37,775 bases of DNA from Pyrinomonadaceae bacterium. GTDB lineage: Bacteria; Acidobacteriota; Blastocatellia; Pyrinomonadales; Pyrinomonadaceae. The DNA lies in the NCBI GenBank assembly GCA_026786155.1, contig JAJAYR010000225.1:1-37775 (forward strand), read 5' to 3'. Below are positions 1 through 9,400 of this stretch, piece after piece. Positions within the stretch are counted from its first letter, which is position 1. Every line of letters begins with the position of its first letter. The notes under the pieces are model-generated. The model had not been told where the DNA came from, made no database searches, and worked only from the letters and a program-made list of their open reading frames with translations. The position numbers and the translations under genes were made by a program.

Positions 1-1
1 C

Positions 2-913
2 GCCGACCTTTTCAATCCGACTTACACGGCGCGGATGGAAGAAGAACTCGATAATATCGAAGAAGGAAAAATCGGTTGGCGCGATGCTTTGCGTAATTTT
101 TACGACAAGTTTTCGGTTGATTTAAAGTCAGCGGAAGAAGGCTTAAAGGACAAGAAAAAGGCTTCGATCCCGACCGACGAAATCTGCGAAAACTGCGGCG
201 CGGGAATGGTCATTAAATTCGGGCGGTTCGGACAGTTCCTAGCCTGCGCCAATTACCCGGAATGCAAAACGACGCGCGAAGTTTCGGCGAAAAAACCGGC
301 GGCTGACGGTCAAACGGCGGAGAACGGCGCGGCGCAGACGGAACCCGAAACGGTCGAGCCGTGTGAATTGTGCGGGCGCGATATGGCTTTGAAAAAAGGT
401 CGTTTCGGAACTTTCTACGGCTGCACCGGCTACCCGGAATGCAGAAACATTCGCAAGATTGACAAAAAATCCGGCGCGACGATTGCGGTTGCGCCGCCGG
501 TCGAACTCGACGAAATCTGTCCGAAAGACGGCGCGAAACTCGTGCTTCGCAACGGGCGTTTCGGCGAATTTATTTCGTGTTCAAATTACCCGAAATGCGA
601 ATATATCAAACGCGAAACGCTCGGCATTGCCTGTCCGAAATGTAAGGACGGAGAAATCGCCGTCAAAAAATCAAAGCGCGGAAAAGCATTTTACGGCTGC
701 ACAAATTATCCGAAATGCGATGTCGTTTATTGGGACAAACCGATTGTCGAACCGTGTCCGAAATGTAAAGCCCCGTTCGTGTTTGAAAAGTTCACCAAGA
801 AGGAAGGCACTTTTCGCTATTGCCAAACCGACGGTTGTGGTTATAAAATTGCCGTCAGCGATGTAAATACCACGTTACAAAATGAATCCGGCGCAAAGGC
901 TTCGGCGAGTTAG
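2..913 (+). CDS. topA: DNA topoisomerase I, C-terminal part (5' end lies outside the window)
   Basis: The frame is open from the window edge. ..YTARMEEELDNIEEGK is followed by five tandem zinc-ribbon modules (CxxC..GRFGxF..C..YPxC), as in bacterial TopA C-termini. Stop TAG is at 911-913. Confidence 0.9.
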   Translation, partial: ADLFNPTYTARMEEELDNIEEGKIGWRDALRNFYDKFSVDLKSAEEGLKDKKKASIPTDEICENCGAGMVIKFGRFGQFLACANYPECKTTREVSAKKPAADGQTAENGAAQTEPETVEPCELCGRDMALKKGRFGTFYGCTGYPECRNIRKIDKKSGATIAVAPPVELDEICPKDGAKLVLRNGRFGEFISCSNYPKCEYIKRETLGIACPKCKDGEIAVKKSKRGKAFYGCTNYPKCDVVYWDKPIVEPCPKCKAPFVFEKFTKKEGTFRYCQTDGCGYKIAVSDVNTTLQNESGAKASAS

Positions 914-916
914 AGT

Positions 917-1504
917 TTGGCGATGAACGAAAACATTGAATTTTTGCAGGCGTTTCTGAAAAATCCGCTCAAAGTTGGCTCGATTGCGCCGTCCTCGCCG
1001 GAACTCGCGCAGAAAATGGTTGACGAAATTCGTCCCGACGAAGAAAACGTCGTTCTCGAACTCGGAGTCGGCACGGGCGCAATCACCAAATTTTTGCGGG
1101 AAGTCGTGCCGAATAAAGAGTCTTACGTCGGCATCGAACTCGATAAAGGTCTGGTTAAATCGCTGAAAAAAAATTTCCCCGAATTAAAAATCGTGCGCGG
1201 CAATGCGTGTGATACTTTTTCGATTTACCAGAAAATCGGCTTCGGCAAAGTCGGCTATATCATTTGCTGTCTGCCGTTCGTGTCCCTGCCGAACGAAATC
1301 GGCGAACGAATTTTGGGCGAAGTTGATAAGTTTATGGAGCAGGGCTGCGTGTTTCGCACATTTCAATACGCGCACGGCTATTATTTTCCGTCGGCGATAA
1401 AACTCCGCGAATATATGCGCGACCGCTACGGCAAAGCCCGGCGCAGTCAGATTGTCGTTAAAAATATGCCGCCCGCTTACACGCTGACGTGGAAAACCAT
1501 CTAA
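917..1504 (+). CDS. class I SAM-dependent methyltransferase (small, COG3963/rRNA-adenine-dimethylase-like)
   Basis: A 195-aa ORF begins 4 nt after the topA stop (TTG 917, alternative ATG 923). It has the SAM-binding motif I VLELGVGTGAITKFL. Confidence 0.75.
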   Translation: MAMNENIEFLQAFLKNPLKVGSIAPSSPELAQKMVDEIRPDEENVVLELGVGTGAITKFLREVVPNKESYVGIELDKGLVKSLKKNFPELKIVRGNACDTFSIYQKIGFGKVGYIICCLPFVSLPNEIGERILGEVDKFMEQGCVFRTFQYAHGYYFPSAIKLREYMRDRYGKARRSQIVVKNMPPAYTLTWKTI

Positions 1505-1545
1505 TGCTTTGCAGACCAAGTTTGTGCAAATCGGGGACAAGTTTT

Positions 1546-1613
1546 GAGTTCAAACGCGGAACGCCCTTTGTCCGTCGCGCTTCGCCGACGAAGACACGCT
1601 CAAGCGTGAACTC
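1546..1613. repeat. REP-like structured intergenic element, copy 1 (68 nt)
   Basis: It lies between convergent genes. It shares GAGTYCAAACGCGGAAYGCCCTTTG ... GAAGACACGCTCAAGCGTGRACTC with 15585-15655. The outer stem is GAGTTCA/TGAACTC and the central stem is CGTCG/CGACG. Confidence 0.6.
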
Positions 1614-1641
1614 CAAACTTCAACAATTTAAGTGGCGAATA

Positions 1642-3000
1642 TTAGATTTTTTCTGCAATCAACTTTCCCACTCTTTCTTCAACCGTTTCGCGGATTTTGC
1701 TCAAATTTTCTTCCGAATCAGCTTCAAATCGCAAAACCAAAATCGCCTGCGTGTTTGAGGCGCGAACCAAGCCCCAGCCGTTTTCAAACAAAATTCTCGC
1801 GCCGTCAATCGTGATGACTTCGTTGGTTTGAGCAAATTCTTCGGCGATTCTTTGGACGATTTCAAATTTTCGCTCGTCGGCGCAATCAACTCTCAACTCC
1901 GGCGTGGAAAAAGTTGCGGGCAAATCGCCTAAAATTTCCGACAATTTTTTATCGGTTTTGGAGAGGATTTCCAACACTCTTGCGCCCGCGTAAGTCGCGT
2001 CGTCGAAGCCGTAAAATCTATCGGCGAAAAAGATATGCCCGCTCATTTCACCGGCGAGTGCCGCGCCCGTTTCCTTCATTTTCGCTTTGATAATCGAGTG
2101 TCCGGCTTTCCACATTATCGGTTTGCCGCCGTGTTTTTTAATGTCGTCAAAAAGATTCTGCGAGCATTTCACTTCGGCGATAATCGTCGCATTCGGTTTT
2201 TCTTTTAAGACTTCACGCGACAGTAAAATCATCAGTTCGTCGCCCCAAATGATTCGCCCGTTTTCGTCAACGATGCCGATGCGGTCGCCGTCGCCGTCAA
2301 AGGCAATTCCTAAATCAGCCTTATTTTCGACAACGGCGCGAATCGCGTCCTGTAAATTTTCCTCGACCGTCGGGTCGGGATGATGATTTGGAAAGTTCGA
2401 GTCGGGTTCGGTGAAAAGTTTGACGAGTTGACAGCCGAGTTTTTCATAAACCGGAACGCCCGTTACGCCGCCCATTCCGTTGCCGCCGTCCACGACGACT
2501 TTTAATTTTCTGCTGCCAAGATTTATTTTCGATAAAATATCACGTTCGTAATCGTCCAAAACTTCGAGATTTTCACTTGTTCCCGCGCCTTCCGAAAAAT
2601 TCCCGGACAGCGCGATTTCCTTTATTTCCTGAATCTGCGTTCCGAAAAGCGTTGATTTACCGAGACAAATCTTAAAACCGTTATGGTCGGGCGGATTGTG
2701 CGAGCCGGTAATCATTACGCCGCCGTCAACGTCTTTCGTATAAACCGTGTGGTATAGAACCGGAGTCGGAACTCTGCCGATCAGCACGACATCGCAGCCG
2801 GTTGCGTTAAAATTTTTGACCAGCAAATCACGAAAGCGCGGCGAACTCGTCCGCGCGTCAAAGCCGACGGCGATGCGCTTTGCACCGTTGCGATTAAAAA
2901 ATGTGCCGACGGCTCTGGCGACGATTGCTACCGTCTCGTCCGTCAATTGTTCGCCGACAATCCCGCGAATGTCGTATTCTCTGAAGATATTTTGATTCAT
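1642..3000 (-). CDS. phosphomannomutase/phosphoglucomutase
   Basis: 452 aa. It has the phosphoserine loop TGSHNPPDHNGFK, the Mg site FDGDGDR and the sugar-binding loop GEMSGH. Confidence 0.9.
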   Translation of the reverse strand: MNQNIFREYDIRGIVGEQLTDETVAIVARAVGTFFNRNGAKRIAVGFDARTSSPRFRDLLVKNFNATGCDVVLIGRVPTPVLYHTVYTKDVDGGVMITGSHNPPDHNGFKICLGKSTLFGTQIQEIKEIALSGNFSEGAGTSENLEVLDDYERDILSKINLGSRKLKVVVDGGNGMGGVTGVPVYEKLGCQLVKLFTEPDSNFPNHHPDPTVEENLQDAIRAVVENKADLGIAFDGDGDRIGIVDENGRIIWGDELMILLSREVLKEKPNATIIAEVKCSQNLFDDIKKHGGKPIMWKAGHSIIKAKMKETGAALAGEMSGHIFFADRFYGFDDATYAGARVLEILSKTDKKLSEILGDLPATFSTPELRVDCADERKFEIVQRIAEEFAQTNEVITIDGARILFENGWGLVRASNTQAILVLRFEADSEENLSKIRETVEERVGKLIAEKI

Positions 3001-3030
3001 AAAGTTTCGTCAATCGTGAATAATATAAAA

Positions 3031-3159
3031 GTTACGCAGTTATTCGGAAACATTCGGAATATATGAGAGATAATAAATGAGAGGTGAAATCTATCAGTTA
3101 TCATCTGTCATCTCTCATCTATTCCGAATCTAACCACTTATAACTTTAAACTGCGTAAC
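3031..3159. repeat. 129-bp imperfect palindrome in a divergent promoter region
   Basis: The outer arms GTTACGCAGTT (3031-3041) and AACTGCGTAAC (3149-3159) are perfectly complementary. The inner arms 3052-3071 (ATTCGGAATATATGAGAGAT) and 3110-3129 pair at 19 of 20 positions. Confidence 0.55.
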
Positions 3160-3187
3160 TCGTATGATAAATCGTTGTGTTATTAAA

Positions 3188-3229
3188 AATTTACCATTTA
3201 CCATTTATCATTTGCCATTTCCCGTTCAC
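3188..3229 (+). repeat. tandem heptamer array, CATTTAC family (about 6 units)
   Basis: The units are aatttac catttac catttat catttgc catttcc cgttcac. The same heptamer family recurs at 28554-28581. Confidence 0.6.
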
Positions 3230-3253
3230 GATTTACAAGGCGTTTGCTATACT
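3225..3253 (+). promoter_or_regulatory. putative sigma70-type promoter for the VWA gene pair
   Basis: TTCACG (3225-3230), a 17-nt spacer, then TATACT (3248-3253), about 85 nt upstream of ATG 3339. This is pattern match only. Confidence 0.25.
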
Positions 3254-3338
3254 GCAAATTTATGTTTAGGGCAACAGACGCTTGCCGAACGGCATCGAAT
3301 CGGTCGTTAAGTTCTGAAAAAAATCAATAAAATCAGCT

Positions 3339-4325
3339 ATGAAAAATTTGTTTCGTCTTTTCTATTTGACCACTTTTTTGTCCGCCTTCGGTTTGTCCGG
3401 CGCGGCGCAGATTCCGAAACCGACACCGCCGCCGATTAGTGATGACGGCGCGGTCAAAACTTTTGAGGTGCGTTTGCCCGTAACGGTCAACGACAAAAAG
3501 AAAAAGAAGGATTTGATTGCCGGTTTGCAGCGCGGCGATTTTGCCGTTTTTGAGGACGGCGTGCAGCAGGAAGTTACATTTTTTAGCGATGAGAAAACGA
3601 ATCCGGCGGTCTACGTCGGCGTTTTGATGGATACGTCGCCTTCGGCGGCGGGAAAAATGAGATTTTCCAAAGAAGCGGCGAAAAATTTTATCTACACCGT
3701 GACGCGCCTCCGCAAAGACAAAGCCGCGTTTATGACTTTTGATAATGAAATAAATTTGCGGCAGGATTTTACCGATAAGCTCGATTTGCTGGATAAATCG
3801 GTTGACACCGTGAAAAAAGTCGGTTCGCAAACCGCTTTGTATGACGCGATTTGGCAATTCTCCGACGAAAAATTGCGAAACGCGCCGGGCAGACGGGTCA
3901 TCGTGGTCATTACCGACGGCGACGACACTTTCAGCCGCGCCGATTTGCAGGACGCGATTGACATCGCGCAGCGCACGGAAACGACGGTATTCGGAATCTC
4001 GACCAAATCCGGTTTTCTCGGCAGTGTGCCGGGCGTTGATGCCGGAACAGTCAAGGACAAAGGCGACAAATATCTGACGCAGCTTTGCGAAGACACCGGC
4101 GGCGAAGCGTTTTTCACCGGCGATATGGGCGACCTCGAACGCGCCTTTACAAAAATTTCCAAGGAATTGCGTTCGCAATACATCATCACCTATCGCCCGA
4201 CCAATCAAAATTACGACGGCAAAGAGCGCAAAGTCGAAGTGCGTTTCACCGATAAAAGCAAAGACGGCGATTATAAAATTCGCACGAAGAAAAGTTATCG
4301 GGCGATTAGAGACGGCATTCGATAA
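3339..4325 (+). CDS. secreted VWA domain protein (VWFA-related acidobacterial domain type)
   Basis: 328 aa. Sec signal MKNLFRLFYLTTFLSAFGLSGAAQ, a Pro-rich linker, and an N-terminal beta domain (..GDFAVFEDGVQQEV..). The MIDAS DTSPS is intact, as is ..VVITDGDD... The C-terminal tail is ..YIITYRP..YKIRTKKSY. Confidence 0.85.
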   Translation: MKNLFRLFYLTTFLSAFGLSGAAQIPKPTPPPISDDGAVKTFEVRLPVTVNDKKKKKDLIAGLQRGDFAVFEDGVQQEVTFFSDEKTNPAVYVGVLMDTSPSAAGKMRFSKEAAKNFIYTVTRLRKDKAAFMTFDNEINLRQDFTDKLDLLDKSVDTVKKVGSQTALYDAIWQFSDEKLRNAPGRRVIVVITDGDDTFSRADLQDAIDIAQRTETTVFGISTKSGFLGSVPGVDAGTVKDKGDKYLTQLCEDTGGEAFFTGDMGDLERAFTKISKELRSQYIITYRPTNQNYDGKERKVEVRFTDKSKDGDYKIRTKKSYRAIRDGIR

Positions 4326-4354
4326 ATTTCGGTGCAAAACTCAGGAGAAGTAAA

Positions 4355-5461
4355 ATGTTTAGAATTAAAAATTTGGCGATTCTGACAATCGGATTATTAT
4401 TTATCGGCGGCGCGTTGGGCGGTTTTGATGTTTCAAATGCCCAGCAAACGACACCCGAAAAATCCGCCACGCCGACTCCGACCCCGGCGCCGACACCCGA
4501 AGTTATCGAAGATGACGACGAAGTTTTGAAGATTGACGCGGAAGTCGTCAACGTGCTTTTCACCGCGCAGGACAAAAACCGCCGACTGCTGACTGACTTG
4601 AAACAAGGCGACATCAAACTCGTCGAAGACGGGCAGGTGCAGGAAATTACCGCTTTTACCAGACAGGTTGACTTGCCTTTGAGTCTGGCGATTTTGATTG
4701 ACACGAGCGCGTCGCAGGAACGCACTTTGCCGGAAGAAAAAGCTGCCGCCAAAGCGTTTCTGCAATCGGTTGTCAGACCGGCGAAAGACGAAGTGGCGAT
4801 AGTTTCATTCACGGGCGAATCAACGCTCGAACAAGGGATGACGAATAATCTTTCGCGTCTGCTTCGCGCCGTTGACCGAGTGGAATTCGTTCCGCCTTCG
4901 GGTTATCTCGGCGGCGGCGTGGTCGTTGGCGGAACGCCGCCGATTTCCGGCACGAATCAAATGACGCAAGGCTCGACCGCGATTTGGGATTCGATTTGGA
5001 TTACGTCCGAAGAAGTTTTGAAAGTTTCGCCGGAAAAAACGCGCCGCGCGATTATTTTGCTGACCGACGGCGTAAATACTTTTGGAACTAAAAAATCGGA
5101 CGACGCGATTCAAGCCGCGCTGCGAAGCGAAGCGGTGATTTATTCAATCGGCATCGGCGACAATTTTTACGACGGCGTGGACAAAGGCGTTCTCCGAAAA
5201 ATTTCCGAACGCACCGGCGGCAGTGCCTTTTTCCCGCGCGACGAAACGGAACTTCGCAAGGCTTTCAACCAGATACAAATCGAAATGCGTTCCCAATATC
5301 TGATTGCGTATGAACCGATTAATCAAAAACGCGACGGCTCATATCGCAAAATTGAAATTCAGATTGCTAACCCGAATTTGTCGAAGCAGAAAGTAATTTT
5401 AACGCACCGGCAAGGTTATTTTGCCAAAACGGAAAGCGGTCAAAAACCGGCGACAAAATAA
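4355..5461 (+). CDS. secreted VWA domain protein (paralog of 3339-4325)
   Basis: 368 aa. It has a signal peptide, a TPTPTPAPTP linker and ..GDIKLVEDGQVQEI... MIDAS is DTSAS, with ..ILLTDGVNT.., and the tail is ..YLIAYEP..YRKIEIQI... An AGGAG lies upstream of the ATG. Confidence 0.85.
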   Translation: MFRIKNLAILTIGLLFIGGALGGFDVSNAQQTTPEKSATPTPTPAPTPEVIEDDDEVLKIDAEVVNVLFTAQDKNRRLLTDLKQGDIKLVEDGQVQEITAFTRQVDLPLSLAILIDTSASQERTLPEEKAAAKAFLQSVVRPAKDEVAIVSFTGESTLEQGMTNNLSRLLRAVDRVEFVPPSGYLGGGVVVGGTPPISGTNQMTQGSTAIWDSIWITSEEVLKVSPEKTRRAIILLTDGVNTFGTKKSDDAIQAALRSEAVIYSIGIGDNFYDGVDKGVLRKISERTGGSAFFPRDETELRKAFNQIQIEMRSQYLIAYEPINQKRDGSYRKIEIQIANPNLSKQKVILTHRQGYFAKTESGQKPATK

Positions 5462-5495
5462 TTAACGTCAATTCGGGATAAGAAAATATCGCCGC

Positions 5496-5560
5496 AAAAA
5501 GGCACAAAATTCACAAAAAAGATTTTTTAATTTTCCTTTTTGTGAATTTTGTGCCTTTTT
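5496..5560. terminator. bidirectional intrinsic terminator hairpin
   Basis: AAAAAGGCACAAAATTCACAAAAA (5496-5519) pairs perfectly with TTTTTGTGAATTTTGTGCCTTTTT (5537-5560). It sits between convergent genes, and A/T runs flank both sides. Confidence 0.7.
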
Positions 5561-5605
5561 GTGGCTAATCTTTCTCTGCTTTTGTTTCCTCCGAACTCGC
5601 GTTAA

Positions 5606-6367
5606 TTAAGAAAGTTCTGATTTTTCAATGGCGGCTCGCACAACGCCGATTCCCGCCGAAGTCAAAAAAATTTCGTCGGCTTCGATTATTTCTTCCAACT
5701 GCGCTTTTGTTTCTTCAACCGCCAAGTTTTCCGAAACGTATTCGCGCGTCGTGCCGTTCAAACAGCCGGTTTCGAGATGCGGCGTGAAAATCGCGCCGTT
5801 CTTTTTCCAAAAGACGTTTGCCAGACACGCCGCAACGATTTCGCCTTTTTCGTTCAGACGAATCGCTTCGTCAAAACCTTTCGCTTTCGCCGATTCCCAA
5901 GCCATTATATTTTCCAAATAATTGCACGACTTTACGCCGACCAGCGGCGCAGTCGAATTAACCAAAAACGGCGAAACGGTTAGATTTAATTTGTTTTTAA
6001 TTTGCCGAAAATCAGCCGTTTGGATGGTAAAACCCGTTTTGTTTTTTGAATCTGTTTGCCAAAAAGCGGGCGACGATTCATCAAAAAATGTCAGGCGGGC
6101 GCGTCCCGTTCGGAAGTTATTTTTTTCGATGATTTCGAGCAGCGCGTTTTTAACCTTTTGTTCGGTAAAATTTTGCAAATCAATTTCGATTGTGTTTGCA
6201 TTAGCGGTTAATCTTTGCCAATGCTTTTCCCACAAAAAAGGTTTGAAATTATAGATAGCGACGGTTGTAAAAATGCCTTTGCCGTAGAGCGCAGCGGCGG
6301 AATTAGCAGGTAGAAAAGCGTTTTCGGCAGGTAAAATTTGATGATTGAAACAGATGAATTTGTGCAT
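5606..6367 (-). CDS. aminotransferase class IV family protein (aminodeoxychorismate lyase-like)
   Basis: 253 aa. The size and the ..GVKSCNYLENIMAW.. (Lys-x3-NYL) segment are typical of fold-type IV PLP enzymes such as PabC/IlvE. Confidence 0.7.
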   Translation of the reverse strand: MHKFICFNHQILPAENAFLPANSAAALYGKGIFTTVAIYNFKPFLWEKHWQRLTANANTIEIDLQNFTEQKVKNALLEIIEKNNFRTGRARLTFFDESSPAFWQTDSKNKTGFTIQTADFRQIKNKLNLTVSPFLVNSTAPLVGVKSCNYLENIMAWESAKAKGFDEAIRLNEKGEIVAACLANVFWKKNGAIFTPHLETGCLNGTTREYVSENLAVEETKAQLEEIIEADEIFLTSAGIGVVRAAIEKSELS

Positions 6368-6401
6368 TTTTCAAAACTAAAAATTCAATTTTGAATTTGC
6401 A

Positions 6402-9400
6402 TCAACTGACGGCGCGGAGTAGCTGCTGTTTTTGAGCGACGGGAAAAACAAGGCGAAACGTCGTGCCTGCGCCGACTTCGCTCGTCGCCGTAATCACGCC
6501 CGCGTGTTCCTGAACGATGCCGTAGGAAACCGCCAAGCCCAAGCCCGTTCCGCTGCCAACGCCTTTGGTGGTGAAAAACGGGTCGTAGATTTTTCCGATA
6601 TTTTCCGCCTCGATGCCGCTTCCCGTGTCAGAAACTTCGACGACGATTTCATCTTCGTTTTCAAAATCGGTTGTCAGCGTGATTTGTCCGCCGCCGAACA
6701 TCGCATCTCTCGCGTTAATGATTAAATTTGTGAAAACCTGTTGTAATTTTCCGGCGTTGCCGAAAATTTTCGGCGAAATATCGGCGTAATTTTTGACGAT
6801 TTCGACGTTCGATTTTCTAAGCTGCGGCTCTAATAGTTGCAAGGTGTCGTCGAGCAGTTTATTGACGTTGATTTCGACGAATTCGGTCGCGTTGCCGGTG
6901 CGCGAAAAGTTCAGCAGATTGCCGACGATGTTTGAGGCGCGGTCGGTCTGTTTCTGAACTTTTCGCAGCAGCGCGTGTTTCGGGTCGGTTTCGGGAATCA
7001 TCCCTAAGAGCATCTGCGTATAACTTGAAACGCCCGTCAAAGGTGTGTTGACTTCGTGCGCGACACCGGCGGCGAGCAGTCCGATGCTCGACAGTTTTTC
7101 GTTTTGCTGCAAAGATTCTTCGAGTTTGATGCGCGAAGTAACGTCTTCTAAAACGACAATTGCGCCGGTTTGATTGTTGGAAGCCGACGAGCGCAGCGGC
7201 GCGACCGCGACGTTTAAGATTAAAATTTTCCCCTGCGAATCGGTCGTTAAAAGTTTATAAGCGTTGCGAATTTCCGTCAGATGCCAGCGCGATTTGCCTA
7301 AGATGTTTTCTAAATTCAGCGCAAAACCGTCGTCGAAAATTTCTTCGATAATTTTGCCGATTGCCTGTTCGCGGCTCAAACCGAGCATCGTTTCAAAAGT
7401 CGAATTGCAGCTTGTAACGCGCCCGTTTTCGTCAACCGCGAGCAAGCCGACGTTGACCGATTCGACGATTGATTCGTTAAATTCCTTGAGCAAAACCAAC
7501 TCGGCGGCGCGTGTTTCCTGCTCCTGATAAAGCAGACTGTTTTCGACGGCGACGGCAACGAAACCGGAAATTGTCTGCAAAATTTCCAAATCTTCCGACG
7601 ATAAAAGCGAGCCGTCCGAAGCGCGTCCCAAACCTAAAACGGCGACCATTTTGCCGCGCACGACGCACGGCACGAAATAATGCAGTTCCTGCCGGTGAAT
7701 GTTTTTCGAGTTTCTGCCGAACTTTTCGATTTTTTCCTTCAACGTCGTTCTTTCGGACGGCGTTTCATCAATCAAATCTTCTTCGGAAAGTTCGAGTTCG
7801 TCGGCGCGAACGATTCCCTTTTCAGCCGATTTTTGCCGAATCATCTGGCGAAAATCGTTCGGCATCCGGTAATTTTCGCTGACACCGACAGACTTGGCGA
7901 TTTTATAATGTTCCGGCAAATCAGCATCTTCGATAAAAACCGCGACTTTTTCGACATCGAGAACTTGTTTCAAGCGTTCGGTTAAAGCATTCAATAACGG
8001 TTCGAGCGCGGTCGTCGCCGACAGCGTTCTGCCGAAATCAAGTAATCCCTGTCGCAAATCGTAGCGTTCGCCGTAAAAAAATCGGTCGGCGCGTTCCTGC
8101 AAAAATTTCTTTAAAGGTTCGGATAAAAGAACGATTCCAGCCATCGCAATAACCGCAATCAAAGCGCGAAGCGTGATTTCCGTCGTTGAAAGATTATTGC
8201 CGACAGCGAGAAAAACCAGACCGAGCGCGACCGCGCCGATCATCATCGCAATCGCCAGCGTCGTCATCGCATAAACGAGCGCCCGCCGCACGACGACATC
8301 AACATCCATCAGACGATAACGCACGACCGAATGCCCGAAACTCAAAGGAATCAAGGCGAGCGGCAGAGTCGTCAGCGCGGAACTCAAATAATCTTCCGAA
8401 AGCGAAGGCACGAAACGTCTGACAATTTGGAAAAGAATCACCGGCACGATGGCGGCAATCGTTCCCCACATCGCCCATTTGATGCGCTGTCGGACGAGCG
8501 GCTGCTGCCGACTTTTGAAAAATCGCCACAGCAAAACACTCGCGCCGCCGGATACGCCGACGACGAAATGATAGAAATTGGCTTGATATAAAACCCCGAA
8601 GAGATTAAATCTATTCGTCAAAACGGCGAGATTTTCCACCAGAGCAGAATTCGGAACAAACCAGTCAACGATGGGAAATGTCAGCGATAAAACAAAAATT
8701 CCGAGCGTGATTAACGCGGCGGGAACGTAAAGCGCGAAGGTTTTCCAACGGGCTTCGTCAAAAACATTCATTCGCACCGGATAGCGCAGACAAAAATGCA
8801 GAAAAAGCGGCACGAAGAAAGCGAACGCCGCATCGTCTAAAAGACTAATCGTTAAATCCAAATCTTTGCCGATACCGATTGATTTATAAACGTGAAAGAC
8901 GAACGCCGCCAAACAAACCATCGCAAAATGCAGCACAAACGGCGACCCGCTGCCTTGTTTGAAAAGAACGAAGATGCCGACACCGAGCCAGATTAAGCCG
9001 ACGATAGCCAGAAAAATCAGCGAAGCCGTCCAGCGCGGAAAAGTATCAATGTTTCGCAAATCGGCGTAATAAAAATTGTTGGCGAAAGAATAGGAAGGTC
9101 GTTGATAAAAATAAGTCAAACTGTTGCCCGCGCCCGCCGCTTCGAGATATTGCTGAACGTCGGAAGCTAAACTAACTTCGTCGAATTGTTTTTCGTCCAG
9201 AGAAATTCCGAGCAGTTTATCGCCGACGGCAATGCCCGCCCGCGACGCGGCTAAACTCGACTCGACTTTTTCGGCGTAAATCCCGTCCGCCCGCTGCGCC
9301 CAATTAACCCCGTCGGTCGGCGGCAAAGCGTGATTGGCACGCTGCGAAAGGTTAAGTGCGCCGCCGACCACGAATAAAACCGTCGCCAAAAGCCACACCA

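Noticed and set aside
3333-4337. Long ORFs antisense to, or out of frame with, confident genes. Examples: 3333-4337(-), 9885-10526(+), 11834-12442(-), 11971-12528(-), 24573-25268(+), 27759-28457(+), 27913-28533(+), 36085-36606(+).
   Set aside because: Each mirrors a gene with clear family motifs on the other strand or frame. Their translations are Arg/Phe/Ser-rich low-complexity strings with no recognisable motifs, which is typical shadow-ORF behaviour.
6368-6401. AT-only palindrome AAATTCAA-TT-TTGAATTT after the histidine-kinase stop, as a terminator.
   Set aside because: The stem is entirely A/T and very weak, so it is not convincing as an intrinsic terminator.
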